Notes under the pieces: generated by a model
Databases searched by the model: none
The model's input: the letters and a program-made list of their open reading frames with translations, nothing else
Told to the model about the DNA's origin: nothing
Program-made: the position numbers and the translations under genes
NCBI GenBank assembly: GCA_963704145.1
Contig: CAVPHB010000001.1
Span: 91,212-155,211, forward strand
Direction: 5' to 3'
DNA from: an uncultured Chloroflexia bacterium
Lineage (GTDB): Bacteria > Chloroflexota > Limnocylindria > Limnocylindrales > CSP1-4
DNA length: 64,000 bases
Shown here: positions 17,121-33,079 of the stretch, piece after piece
How positions within the stretch are numbered: position 1 is the stretch's first letter
How the letters are laid out: every line of letters begins with the position of its first letter

Positions 17121-18620
17121 TTAACTGTCGGCCGCGATGCTACTCGCGAGTTCGACAATTGTCCGGATCATCGGCCCGAGCGGGCCCTTGGGTGCGTACG
17201 GGCGATCCTCGTCCGACCACGCCGTGCCCGCGATGTCGAGATGGACCCACTCGGTCTGCGGCTCGACGACGGCATCGATGAACGCCGCGCCGAGGCTGGC
17301 ACCGCCGCCCCGTCCGCCGCTGTTCTTCAGGTCAGCCACGTCGCTCTTCATGTCCTCGCGGTACTCGTCCGACAGCGGCAGCTGCCAGATCCGCTCGCCG
17401 CTCGCCTCGCTCGCCCGTCGGACGGCATCGACAAAACCGGCCGGGCGGCCGAAGAGGCCGCTGTAGTGCCGGCCCAGCGCGACCATCACGGCACCGGTCA
17501 GGGTGGCCACGTCGACGATCCGGGTGGCGCCCTCGCGCTGCGCGTAGGTGATCGCGTCGATCAGCACCAGCCGGCCCTCGGCGTCGGTGTTGATCACCTC
17601 GACCGTCTTGCCGCTCATGCTCGTCACGACATCGCCCGGCTTGGTGGCGCGGCCGCCGGGCAGGTTCTCCGTGCATGGCGCGACGCGATCAGGTTGATCG
17701 GCAGGCCCAGCCGAGCGACCACGCCGGCACCGGCCAGCACCACCGCCGCCCCGGTCATGTCCTACTTCATCAGGTGCATGTCCTGGGCCGGCTTGATCGA
17801 GATGCCGCCCGAGTCGAAGGTGATGCCCTTGCCCACCAGGCCCAGGTCATAGCCGTCGCCGGGCCGGCCGCGGTAGCGCAGCACGACCAGCTTGGCCGGC
17901 TCCGCGCTGCCGTGCGCGACGGACAGGAAGCTGCCCATGCCCAGGGCGGCACAGGCGTCCTCGTCCAGGATCTCGATCTCGAGCCCGGCCAGAGCCGCGA
18001 GATCGGCGGCCGCCGCGGCGATCGCGGTCGGCGTCATCAGGTTGGCCGGCTCGTTGGCCAGGCCACGCGACCAGTTGACCGCCTCACCCACATACTGCCC
18101 ACGCGAGATCGCCGCCGCGTCAACCGGCGCGCCGTGCGCCGACCATCAGCAGGACTTCGTCGATCGGCGGCAGGCGACGCTCATCCGCACCGGTTCGGTG
18201 CGCCTCCGGCCGCCACATGGCGTAGATAACACCTTCGACCGCGCTCTGAGCGGCGGTCTGCGAGTCGAACGCCGACGTGTCGAGCACGACCCCGATACGC
18301 CGTGCGTTCGACGGCCACAGCGCACGAACGCCGGCGCTGACCACCTGCCAGCCGCGCTGGATGTCGAACTCGGCGCGCGGGCCGGCGGCGACGATGACGA
18401 GCTGGGTGGGAGTGCCGTCGGCGCCCTGCTCGAGCTGCGTCATGGCGCTGAACAGCTTGCGCTGGCCGCTTTCGCGGGCCACCCATTCGGCCTGGCGGCG
18501 GATCACGGCCGGCGCGGCGCTGGCGGCGTCGCCCTCCTTGAACACGGGCACGATGAGCGCGTCCAGCTGCTCGCCCTCGAGCGATGCGACAGTCCGAAAG
18601 TGCACGGCGAACAACCTCAT
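17121..18620 (-). pseudogene. pepA: Leucyl aminopeptidase (M17), at least 3 frame switches
   Basis: The N-terminal domain is in ORF 18120..18722 (start ATG 18620, MRLFAVHF…). NWSRGLANEPANLMTP…GKGITFDSGGISIKP is in 17762..18091. NTDAEGRLVLIDAITYA…DVATLTGA…HLDIAGTAW is in 17121..17627. Confidence 0.85.
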
Positions 18621-18720
18621 GAGCGTGGAAAGGGCCCGGGAGCAGAAGAGTATTAGAGTCACTGTCTTCGCGCCCAGCCGCGCCGGTCGGGCGTGGCCCC
18701 ATCGTTCAACCGGAGATCGC

Positions 18721-19371
18721 ATGCCGCGTCGCGTCTTCAGCTTCGACCAGCCCGATCAATTCATCTGCGCAGCGGTGGGCGAGCCCGGTCAGCGGGCGTT
18801 CTTCCTGCAGGCGGTCAAGGGCTCCCGGGTCGTGTCGGTCGCGCTCGAGAAGGGCCAGGTGGCCGTGCTCGCGGAGCGCCTCGCGATGCTGCTGCTCGCC
18901 CTGCGCCAGGGCGGAGTGGACGTGGGCGAGGAGTTGCCCGGACCGTCACCGAAGCTGGCCGAGCCGATCATCGAGCAGTTCCGCGTCGGGACGCTGACCC
19001 TCGGCTGGGACGCCGACAAGGGTCGCGTCGTGATCGAGGCGCGCGAGCTGGGCGACGACGACGAGGAGACCGACGAAGACGAAGACGAACCGGCGGAGGA
19101 GACAGAGCTCGCGGCCCAGGGCGAAGATCTTGACGAGGAGGGCGACTTGGTCCGTGTTCAGCTCGAGCCGCCCGCCGCGCTGGCGTTCGCCAGTGGTGCC
19201 CTGGCGGTTGTCCAGGCCGGCCGGCCACCGTGTCCGCAATGTGGCGCGCCGCTCGAGCCGACCGGCCACTTCTGTCCGCGGCGCAACGGCTACACCCACG
19301 TAGCGCGGCCCGGGCATGGACCCTGGCCGCGCCAGTCGACGGCCGTCCCTCGAGCTGCTGCGCGACGGTGA
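18721..19371 (+). CDS. DUF3090-family protein
   Basis: ATG 18721 lies inside ORF 18277..19371. It reads MPRRVFSFDQPDQFICAAVGEPGQRAFFLQAVKG…, has an acidic insert (DDDEETDEDEDEPAEE), and a C-terminal CPQCGAPLEPTGHFCPRRNGY zinc-ribbon-like motif. The last ~25 codons overlap the next gene and may be read-through. Confidence 0.7.
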   Translation: MPRRVFSFDQPDQFICAAVGEPGQRAFFLQAVKGSRVVSVALEKGQVAVLAERLAMLLLALRQGGVDVGEELPGPSPKLAEPIIEQFRVGTLTLGWDADKGRVVIEARELGDDDEETDEDEDEPAEETELAAQGEDLDEEGDLVRVQLEPPAALAFASGALAVVQAGRPPCPQCGAPLEPTGHFCPRRNGYTHVARPGHGPWPRQSTAVPRAAARR

Positions 19372-20080
19372 GCTGAGATCCTCGGCCGTCTGACCGACGC
19401 GTCCAACGCGACTTCCTGTGCCGCGTCAGCCGCCGGACTCGACGGATCCCGACGCATGGCCCGATGACGACCGGCCCCGGCGAGCCGACGTGCGTCTACA
19501 AGCCGACCCGCGGCGAACGGCCGCTGCACGACTTTCCCGACGCACACGCTGGCCCAGCGCGAGGTGGCTGCCTACCTGCGTCTCGGAGGCCGACGGCTGG
19601 GGCATCGTGCCGCCCACCTGGTGCGCGACGGGACCGTTCGGACAGGGCATGGTCCAGGCCTGGATCGAGGTCGATCCAGCGGTCGACGTGGTCGAGCTGG
19701 TCATGGCCGCCGATGATCGCCTGCGCTCGATGTGCGTCTTCGACGCGCTGGTCAACAACGCCGACCGCAAGGGCAGCCATCTGCTGCCGCTGGTCACGGG
19801 CGAGATGCGGGCGTCGACCACGGCATCTGCTTCGCCGTCGAACCCAAGCTACGCACCGTCCTGTGGGCGTGGCGGGGCGAGCTGCTCGCACCTGCCGAAT
19901 TGGCTGCGCTGAGTCGAGTGCGTGCCGCGCTTGACGCAGATCTGGGTGCCGCCCTGGGTGAGTTGCTCGAGCGCGCCGAGGTGCGACGCCACCATGGAGC
20001 GCGCCGAGGCGCTGCTGACGACCGCTCGGCTTCCCGAGCCCGATCCCTCGCGCCCAGCGGTGCCCTGGCCGCCCTTCTGA
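19317..20080 (+). pseudogene. SCO1664-family (PI3/PI4-kinase-like fold) protein, at least 3 frame switches
   Basis: …LELLRDGEL…/…GRLTDASNA…/…VYKPTRGERPLHDFPD…/…DGPFGQGMVQAWIEVDP…VFDALVNNADRKGSHLL…/…HGICF…PKLRTVLWAWRGE… are spread over three frames. The stop is TGA 20078-20080. Confidence 0.65.
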
Positions 20081-20100
20081 GCGCCCGGTGAATCCGGCGA

Positions 20101-25485
<5,385 letters not shown>

Positions 25486-25707
25486 CGGATGCTCACCGGA
25501 TGCTCACGCAATGTGCCGCTGCGCGCACCCAGCGGCGAGTCAGCCGCGCGAAGTGCAGCTGGACGCACGGATCAGCCACCCTCATGGAGCCACGCCTCTC
25601 CGACGCGCGCGCCGGAGAGCACCTCCCGCCGCCGTGTGTCCGTAGGCTGCTGCCCAGCGCACACACCGCTGCGTCTGCGCTCCGTCGGCGGCGGCGCGGC
25701 CGGCCGG

Positions 25708-28700
25708 TCACTTCTTCTCGCTCTTGCGCGGTGCTTGGGTGCTGGGCTTGGCCGTCCGCTGACGCACTGGCCGGGTCGATGTCTGCTTTGGCTGTGGCGC
25801 CGATGCCCGCTTGGGCGGGGTCGCGAGCCGGCGCTCGAGCTCGTCCAGCCGATAACCGGACTTGCCCGCCGCGGCGATGAGCTCGCGCAGGCGGGGCAGG
25901 TCAAGCGACGTCACGGCGTGCTCGAACAGCTCGCGGTTGAACCAGGTCACGCCATCGTGCTCGTTGACCCCGATCGCGCGGCGGAAGCGGTCGTCGTGCA
26001 GAACGTCGGCGGGCAACGGCGCGCTGTCGATGCGCGGACGGGCCTTGCGCCGGCCGAGGGTGAGCGCGACACCGGTCAGCTCCGGCTCGGGCAGCACGCG
26101 CTCGGCCTGCCAGCGCTCGATCCAGCGGCCACCGGCCAGGCCCTCGTCATGCTCGCCCACGAAATGGTCGAGCGCCAGCGCGACGACGAGCGGCCCCTCG
26201 CTCGCTGCCGATGCGGCGGGCGCTGGCGCAGATGGCAGCGCGACGCCGAGCAACGCTGCCGCCTCGCGCAGCAGGGCGTCGACCGGTTCCCCGCCGAGTG
26301 CCGCACGCAGCGCATCGTGGAACGGCTGCAGCTCCAGCTCGCGCAAGCGCGTCCTCGATGCTCGGCACGCCCCGACCGTCCAGCCAGCCCGCCAGGCGAC
26401 CGTAGCGGCCGTCGCTGTCGCGCACGTCACGTAGGTCGAGGAAGGCCCGGCACTCGTAGGCGTGCAGATCCAGGTACAGACCGTGCTCGCTCAGTCTCGC
26501 GCTGGTTGCGCAGGTACTCGAGGCCGGAGCGGTCGTCGCGCAGCGACGAGGTAGTCGTCGGCGCCACCGCTCAGGCCAAGCCCGTCGACCAGCGAGCGGC
26601 CGGTCACGGCCGCGCTCCTGATCCAGCCGCGCGTGTCGCCGAAACGGTTGTGGTAGACGATCAGCGTCCGCTCGCCGTGGCGCCGGTTGGAGTACGCGAA
26701 GACGTCCTCGTTGACCGTGCCGTTGGCGGTGACGAAGTCGTACAGCGCAAAGTCGGCCACCTCGGCGAACAGCGCGCGGCGGTGCAGCAGCGGGAAGATC
26801 TCGCGCTCGTGGCGGGCGATCAGGTCGGCATCGGGCGTCTCGTCAAGGTAGGCGCGCCGGTACTCCATGCCGTAGTTCTCGGCGAACCCCTCGACCTGGC
26901 CGTGGCCGAACATGGGCAGCCCGGGCATGGTCGCCATCAGCGTCGCGACGCCGAAGTACTTGTCGCCCTTGCCGAACTGGTCGACCGCCGTGCGCTCGTC
27001 GGGGTTGTTCATGAAGTTGACGTAGCGCTTGAGGATCTGCGGGTCGAACTCGAGCGTGTTCTTGATGACCAGCCGGTACTCGGCGTTCTTCTCGTCGCGC
27101 AGCATGTTCATGAACGCGCTGTTGTAGACGCGGTGCATGCCCAGCGTGCGGACGAAGTAGCCCTCCATCAGCCAGAACGCCTCGGCCAGCAGCAGCGTGT
27201 CGGGCGCCTCCTGCGCGACCCGATCGACCACCTCGCGCCAGAACTCGACCGGCATGGCGCGTCGAAGTGCGCGCTTGGTGAGCGCGTACTCGGCGCGCGA
27301 CGGGATCGCGCCGCCAGTGCCCGGCTCGGGGTACCACAGCCGCTGGACGTGCTTCTTGGCCAGCGTCATGGCGGCGTCGAAGCGGATGATCGGGAACTGC
27401 CGCGCGACGTGGAGGATGGTCTGGATGACCGCCTCGCGCACCTCCGGCTTGAGGTAGTCGAGCTGCGCGGTGTCGTTCCAGGGCATCGAGGTGCCGTCGT
27501 TGCCGTGGTAGATGTAGCGCTCCTCGCCGCTCCAGCGATCGACGCGCTTGAAGACCACCGCGGCGTCGGTGCGGTCGTAGTAGTGGTCCTCGATGTAGAT
27601 GCCGACGCGCTCGTCCGAGGACAGGTTGGGCCCGTTGAACGTGTAGGCCGGATAGGGCGGATCGGGCGCGCTGCATGAACCAGTCGGGGTGCTCGATCAC
27701 CCAGCGCGAGTCGATGCCCATGTGGTTGGGCACCATGTCGCTGGCCAGGCGGATGCCGCGCGCCCAGGCGCGGTCGCGCAGGTTGCGGTAGGCCTCCTCG
27801 CCGCCCAGGTCGTCGGCGATGCGGTAGTCCATCAGCGAGTAGGCCGAGGCGACCGCCTCTGGGTTGCCGCGCAGCTGCTTGATGCGCTGCGAGGCGCGGC
27901 TGCGCTCCCACAGGCCGATCAGCCACAGGCCGGTGAAGCCGCTGCGCGGCCAGCCGGTCGAGCTCCTCGTCGGGGATCTGGTCGAGGCGCCAGATGGGCC
28001 GGCCGTGGGCCCGACTCAGCTGGTCGAGCCAGACGTAGGTGCTCTTGGCCAGCAGCACCACGCGCGGCATCCAGTCGAGGTCCTGGCTGAAGCGCTCGAC
28101 CTCGGTGTCGGACTCGCCGAAGCCGTGCAGCGCGGCCGTGTCGCTGGCCGCGTCGCCGTCCGCGGCGCCGCCGTGCGTGGCGTGGAAGCGCATCCAGACG
28201 GCACGCTCATCTTCGGTCAGCACGTCGAGCGAGACGACCAGCCGGTCGCCGAAGCGCTCCGCGACGAAGCCCCAGCGCTCGCTGATCCAGCGCAGTTGCT
28301 CGGCCAGCGAGCCGGGCGCCTCGAGCGCCGGCCGGCGCAGCAACGTGATCAGGTCGTCGTCTGCTCGGCCCAAAGCCGGGCTGGGTCTTGAAGTACGCCT
28401 CCACTGCGCGCACGGCGGCGAGGTAGGCGCTGCCTTCGGCTCGAGCGGCGTGTCATCGAACAGCTCGCCGTAGGTCATGAAGGCCGGGTTGCCGTTGGCC
28501 AGCCAGACCATCAGCAGCTCTTCGAGCACGATCTGGCGGTTGGGTACGCCGTCCGTGGTGCCCAGAACGTAATCCTCGGCCTTCATCTCGCCGCGGTAGG
28601 CGGCCAGCGCCGGGAAGCGTTCGGCAAACGCAACCAGGGTCGCCTCGAGCTCGTGCTGGCCGAGTGCCTGCTCGAGCGCAACCAGCGCGCCAGACATGGC

Positions 28701-28988
28701 CCGTGGATTGCGCTGGCGGCGATAGAGCTCGACAACGAAATGGAGGATCTCGTCGATCAGTCCCAGCGCGTTGATGTCGCCCGCCCTTACCGTCGCACCG
28801 GGGTCGGCGACGAGGTCGCGCCGGGCGTTCATCCGTTGTGCAAAGCGGCGCGCCGCGGCGTAGTCGGCGAAGACGACGTTGCCGCTCAGGGCAAAGAGCG
28901 CCTCGTCGAAGCCGTAAAGATCACGCGACGCGCCTGAGACATGGAACTCGAAGGTCATACGACGCGCGCTCTCATTGGTCAGCGCCAT
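25708..28988 (-). pseudogene. Large (~1090 aa) alpha-amylase-family (GH13-like) protein, at least 4 frame switches
   Basis: The N-terminus MALTNESARRMTFEFHVS… is in ORF 27366..29114. YSLMDYRIADDLGGEEAYRNLRDRAWARGIRLASDMVPNHMG is in 26843..27832. IIRFDAAMTLAKKH…LLLAEAFWLMEGYFV…MPGLPMFGHGQVEGF is in 26491..27558. The C-terminus, ending in a Lys/Pro-rich tail, is in 25708..26430. Confidence 0.7.
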
Positions 28989-29098
28989 CCTACCGATCAC
29001 GGCCGATCGCGGCCGATCGCGGCCCGCGGGCAGCCTCGTCAGGACGGTCGCTGCTAGAGTTGCGCCCCGATGACCCCGGGCACCAAACGGGCGGGCGA

Positions 29099-30271
29099 AT
29101 GACACACCAACCAACGAAGGCGTCTCGTGAGCGGCACGGCGGGCTGGTCCGCCGGGCGATCCTGGTCCTGGGCCTCGTGGCGCTGCTGATGCCGGCCGGT
29201 GCGCCGCCGGCGATGGCCGCCGGGCTCGGCCTCGCGCTGGTCGAATTGGGCTTGTCGCAGCCGGTCTTCGTGACCCATGCCGGCGACGCGCGCCTGTTCG
29301 TGGTCGAGCAGGGCGGCCTGATCAAGATCGTCGGCGGCGGGACCTTCCTCGACCTGTCCGGCCTGATCAGCCAGGGCAGCGAGCGCGGATTGCTCGGCCT
29401 GGCCTTCCATCCCGACTACGCATCCAACGGCCGGTTCTACGTCAACTACACCCGTGCCTCGAACGGCGCCACGGTGGTCGCCGAGTACCGACGCTCGGCC
29501 GGCAACCCCGATCAGGCCGACGCGGGCAGCGCGCGCACGGTGCTGACCATCGACCAGCCGGCGTCGAATCACAACGGTGGCTGGCTGGGCTTCAAGGGCG
29601 CCAACCTGTACATCGCCACCGGCGACGGCGGCGGCCTGCCCGGCACTCGAGCCCAGAGCCTGACCAGCCTGCTGGGCAAGATCCTGCGCATCAACCCGCT
29701 CGACCCCGACGGCAACGGACCCAAGACCTACAGCATCCCGGGGGGCAACCCCTACGTCGGCCGGTCGGGCAGTGACGAGATCTTCGCCCGCGGCCTGCGC
29801 AACCCGTGGCGCTGCTCGTTCGACCGGCTGACGCGCAGGCTTTGGTGCGCCGACGTGGGCCAGGGCGCATGGGAGGAGATCAACCGCTCACGCACCGGCC
29901 GCGGCCTCAACTATGGCTGGCAGCTGCTCGAGGGGCGCCACCGGTATCCGTCGGGCGACGCCTGCACCAGCAAGTGCCGGACGCTGCCCATCGCCGAGTA
30001 CTCGCACGCGGCAAATGGCGGACCCTGCTCGTCCGTGACCGGTGGCTACGTCTCGCGCCGGCCCGGTGCCGTCCTGCACGGCCAGTACATCTTCGGCGAC
30101 TACTGCTCGGGCAAGGTGTGGATCATCCCGGCCGGTTTCGGGGCCGGCTCGGCCCTGCCCGCCCCGGTGGCTGACACGGCCCATTCGATCAGCTCGTTCG
30201 GCGAAGACAACGTCGGCCGCCTCTACCTGGTCGACCGCGGCGGCGTTATCTACCGGCTGACCGACTCCTGA
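29099..30271 (+). CDS. PQQ-dependent sugar (glucose/sorbosone) dehydrogenase-family beta-propeller protein, secreted
   Basis: ATG 29099 lies inside ORF 28838..30271. It has a signal-like N-terminus, then GLLGLAFHPDYASNGRFYVNYT, NHNGGWLGF…LYIATGDGG, RNPWRCSFD and CSVTGGYV-type blades. It is a paralog of 53601..54956. Confidence 0.8.
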   Translation: MTHQPTKASRERHGGLVRRAILVLGLVALLMPAGAPPAMAAGLGLALVELGLSQPVFVTHAGDARLFVVEQGGLIKIVGGGTFLDLSGLISQGSERGLLGLAFHPDYASNGRFYVNYTRASNGATVVAEYRRSAGNPDQADAGSARTVLTIDQPASNHNGGWLGFKGANLYIATGDGGGLPGTRAQSLTSLLGKILRINPLDPDGNGPKTYSIPGGNPYVGRSGSDEIFARGLRNPWRCSFDRLTRRLWCADVGQGAWEEINRSRTGRGLNYGWQLLEGRHRYPSGDACTSKCRTLPIAEYSHAANGGPCSSVTGGYVSRRPGAVLHGQYIFGDYCSGKVWIIPAGFGAGSALPAPVADTAHSISSFGEDNVGRLYLVDRGGVIYRLTDS

Positions 30272-30305
30272 CGCCCGCCTCCCGCGCCTGTGCTCGAGGC
30301 GTCGC

Positions 30306-31025
30306 TCAGTGGAAGTTGTTCCACAGGTATTCGCGCACCGTCAGGCCGCTATCGTGCACGGCTGCCGCCAATTCGCGACCCAGGTAGCGCCAGTGCCAGG
30401 GCTCGTAGCGGTAGCAGGTGACGGACTTCTTGCCCTTGGGATAGCTGAGCATGAAGCCGTAGCGCCAGCCGTTGGCGTTCAGCCATGCGCCCGCCGGCGT
30501 GTCGGCCCAGTCGTTGTAGTGCCAGCCCTTCTTGGCGGTGTCGGCGCTGCCGAAATCGATCGTCGTGCCCAGTTGATGCTCGGAGTGGCCCGGGCGAGCC
30601 ACGGTCGTGCGCGCCAGGGTCTCGCCGTACAGGGCAACTTCCCGGTTGTAGAGCGATTGCTGCTGGCTGTAGGTGCGGTACGCCGACACGACGCGCAGCG
30701 GCGCGCCGGCGGCGCGCGCGTCCGCGGCCAGGGCGGTCAGATCGGCCAGCATCGTGCGCCGCACGCGCGCGCCGCCGTTCAGGCCGGCGGCGGAGGTTGA
30801 GACCAGGCGCCGCGGGGCGTAGCCGGGCGGCAGCCGATAGATGGTGTCGAGCAGCGTCGTGCGCCACTCGCTGCGCAGCCCATGCAGCGTCACCAGGTCG
30901 TCAAACTGGCACGCCGGCAGCGGCTCGGCCGCCACGCTGCGCGCGGGATTGGCCGCCGCGCCATAGAACAGCAGGCTGAGCACGAGGCCCAGCGCCAACA
31001 GCTGACGAGACCACCCAGTTGACAC
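30306..31025 (-). CDS. M15-family D-alanyl-D-alanine carboxypeptidase (VanY-like), membrane-anchored
   Basis: Inside ORF 30306..31310 I prefer the GTG at 31025 (VSTGWSRQLLALGLVLSLLFYG…). It has SAYRTY..Q, PGHSEHQLGTTIDF and EPWHWRY zinc-ligand motifs. Confidence 0.75.
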   Translation of the reverse strand: MSTGWSRQLLALGLVLSLLFYGAAANPARSVAAEPLPACQFDDLVTLHGLRSEWRTTLLDTIYRLPPGYAPRRLVSTSAAGLNGGARVRRTMLADLTALAADARAAGAPLRVVSAYRTYSQQQSLYNREVALYGETLARTTVARPGHSEHQLGTTIDFGSADTAKKGWHYNDWADTPAGAWLNANGWRYGFMLSYPKGKKSVTCYRYEPWHWRYLGRELAAAVHDSGLTVREYLWNNFH

Positions 31026-31155
31026 GGCACTCCCTGGAGACGGCGGCTTCACACCCGACTGTGGACGTTTGGGGCACAGCGCGTCAAGTCGTCGATCGTC
31101 CCGGCCTTGGTCACCCCCTGAAACCGATCCCGGTTCCTGTGCGTACTCTTCCCCG

Positions 31156-32697
31156 ATGGATCGCCCGCGTTGGATGTGGTGGCTGGCCGGTATGGCCGCC
31201 ACCGCTGTGGCACTCGGCGCCGGCGAGCTGACCGCAGGGCTGCTCGGCGGGGGCTCGATCATCGCCGCCATCGGCGCGCTGGTCATCGCTCTCCAGCCAC
31301 CCGGTGCCAAGGACCTGATGGTCTCGCTGTTTGGGACCTACGACAAGCTGGCGCTCGAGGTCATGACCGCGAGCGGCGGCCTGCTGGTCGGCGGGCTGCT
31401 CGGCCTCATCGCGCGGCGCGACATGCGCGGCGCCGTAAGCGGACTCCTAGCTATCGCGGTCGTGGGCTTCCTGCTCCTCGTGCAGGATCCGCTCTCCGGC
31501 CCGATCTCCTCGGCCGCCACCGTGGTCGCTGCGGCCGTCGCGGGGAGCGTGTCGCTGACCTGGCTGGCGCGAATGATCGGGCGGCCGCAGGCGGACGATC
31601 CGGCGTCAGGCGACGCCGCGCTGCAAACACCCAGCGCCCTGGCGCGGCGCAGCTTCCTCGCGGCCGGCGCGACGGTCGTGGCCGTGGGGGGCGTGGTCAC
31701 GCTGGTGGGCCGCTATCTGGGAACGCAGCTGACTTCAGTTGGCCCGCCCGTCGCCATTCCGGCGCCGAGCGCAACTCTGCCGCCCGTACCGAGTGGCGCC
31801 GACTTCGGCATCGCCGGGCTGAGCCCGATCGTGGTGCCCAACGACAGCTTCTACCGCATCGACACGCGCCTCAGCACGCCGCACCTCGATGCCAGCACCT
31901 GGAAGCTGCGCATCCACGGCGTGGTCGAGCGCGAGGTGACGCTGTCCTACGCCGACCTGCTCCGGATGCCGCTGGTCGAGCGCTACGTGACCATCTCGTG
32001 TGTCTCGAACGAGGTCGGCGGCTACCTCGTCGGCAACGCCAAGTGGACCGGCGTCTCGCTCGTGTCGGTGCTCGATTCGGCCGGTGTGCAGGCGGCCGCG
32101 ACGCAGATCGTGCCGCGCTCGTTTGACGGCTGGACCGCCGGCTTCCCGACCGCGCACCTGTCCGGAGCGGGCAGCGAGGCGATGATCGCGCTGCAGATGA
32201 ACGGCGTGCCGCTGCCCGCCGAGCACGGCTTCCCGGCGCGACTGATCGTGCCCGGGCTGTACGGCTACGTGTCGGCGACCAAGTGGCTGACCGAGCTCGA
32301 GCTGACCACCCTCGAGGCATTCGACGCCTACTGGGTGCCGCTCGGCTGGGCCAAGCAGGCGCCGATCCTGACCCAGTCGCGCATCGACGTGCCCCGGCCG
32401 GGCAGTGTCGGCGCCGGCCCGTTGCAGATCGCCGGAGTGGCCTGGGCGCCGACGCGCGGCATCAGCCGCGTCGAGGTCAAGCTGGACACCGAGCCGTGGC
32501 GCGAGGCAGAGCTCTCGCTGCCGCTGTCAACGGCCGCCTGGGTGCAGTGGCGGACGACCGTCGATGTGGCCGCCGGCCCGCACTCGGTCCAGGTCCGTGC
32601 GACCGACGGCACCGGAGAAACGCAGACCGAGACCCGCACGCCGCCCGCCCCGGATGGCGCGCGCGGCCACCACTCGATCCGCTTCAACGCCGCATAG
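31156..32697 (+). CDS. Sulfite-oxidase-family molybdopterin oxidoreductase with an N-terminal polytopic membrane domain
   Basis: ATG 31156 (MDRPRWMWWLAGMAATAV…) lies inside ORF 31069..32697. It has ~6 TM helices, then FYRIDT…W.L.I.G.V…TISCVSNEVGG…W.GV.L…GFPARLIVPGLYGYVSATKWL and an Ig-like dimerisation domain. Confidence 0.8.
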   Translation: MDRPRWMWWLAGMAATAVALGAGELTAGLLGGGSIIAAIGALVIALQPPGAKDLMVSLFGTYDKLALEVMTASGGLLVGGLLGLIARRDMRGAVSGLLAIAVVGFLLLVQDPLSGPISSAATVVAAAVAGSVSLTWLARMIGRPQADDPASGDAALQTPSALARRSFLAAGATVVAVGGVVTLVGRYLGTQLTSVGPPVAIPAPSATLPPVPSGADFGIAGLSPIVVPNDSFYRIDTRLSTPHLDASTWKLRIHGVVEREVTLSYADLLRMPLVERYVTISCVSNEVGGYLVGNAKWTGVSLVSVLDSAGVQAAATQIVPRSFDGWTAGFPTAHLSGAGSEAMIALQMNGVPLPAEHGFPARLIVPGLYGYVSATKWLTELELTTLEAFDAYWVPLGWAKQAPILTQSRIDVPRPGSVGAGPLQIAGVAWAPTRGISRVEVKLDTEPWREAELSLPLSTAAWVQWRTTVDVAAGPHSVQVRATDGTGETQTETRTPPAPDGARGHHSIRFNAA

Positions 32698-33079
32698 GCC
32701 CCTGCCGGCCGGATCCGCGTCGCCGCCAGCGCGCCCTAACGAGTGCGGCTATCGCCCCCATGCTTAGCCGTGGGGTAGCGGGGTCGACAAGGCGGGCTCA
32801 GCCGGTGAAAGGCGGGGGCTATCCGCCCGACTAACGCCGCCATGCATAGGTCTGCCCGTTTTGGTCGACAACGACCCTCGCTCGCCGCCTGCACCCGCCC
32901 GATCAAGCACTATCGATCGCCAACCTGGATGGATAAGCATGGGAGGACTACGCCAACCCTCAAGCAGCGTTGCCGTCCTGCGTGGTCGCGAGTCAGGCCC
33001 ACGTCCAGCGCGGATCTGGAGAGGTCTATCTGCCGGTCGACCGAACACGCCCACGAAGGACGACCACCACCCACCCCTC

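Noticed and set aside
28838-29098. 87-codon N-terminal extension of the PQQ-dehydrogenase ORF
   Set aside because: It is Arg-rich ([21 protein letters not shown]…) and overlaps the start of the oppositely oriented amylase-family gene. A normal signal-peptide N-terminus begins at ATG 29099.
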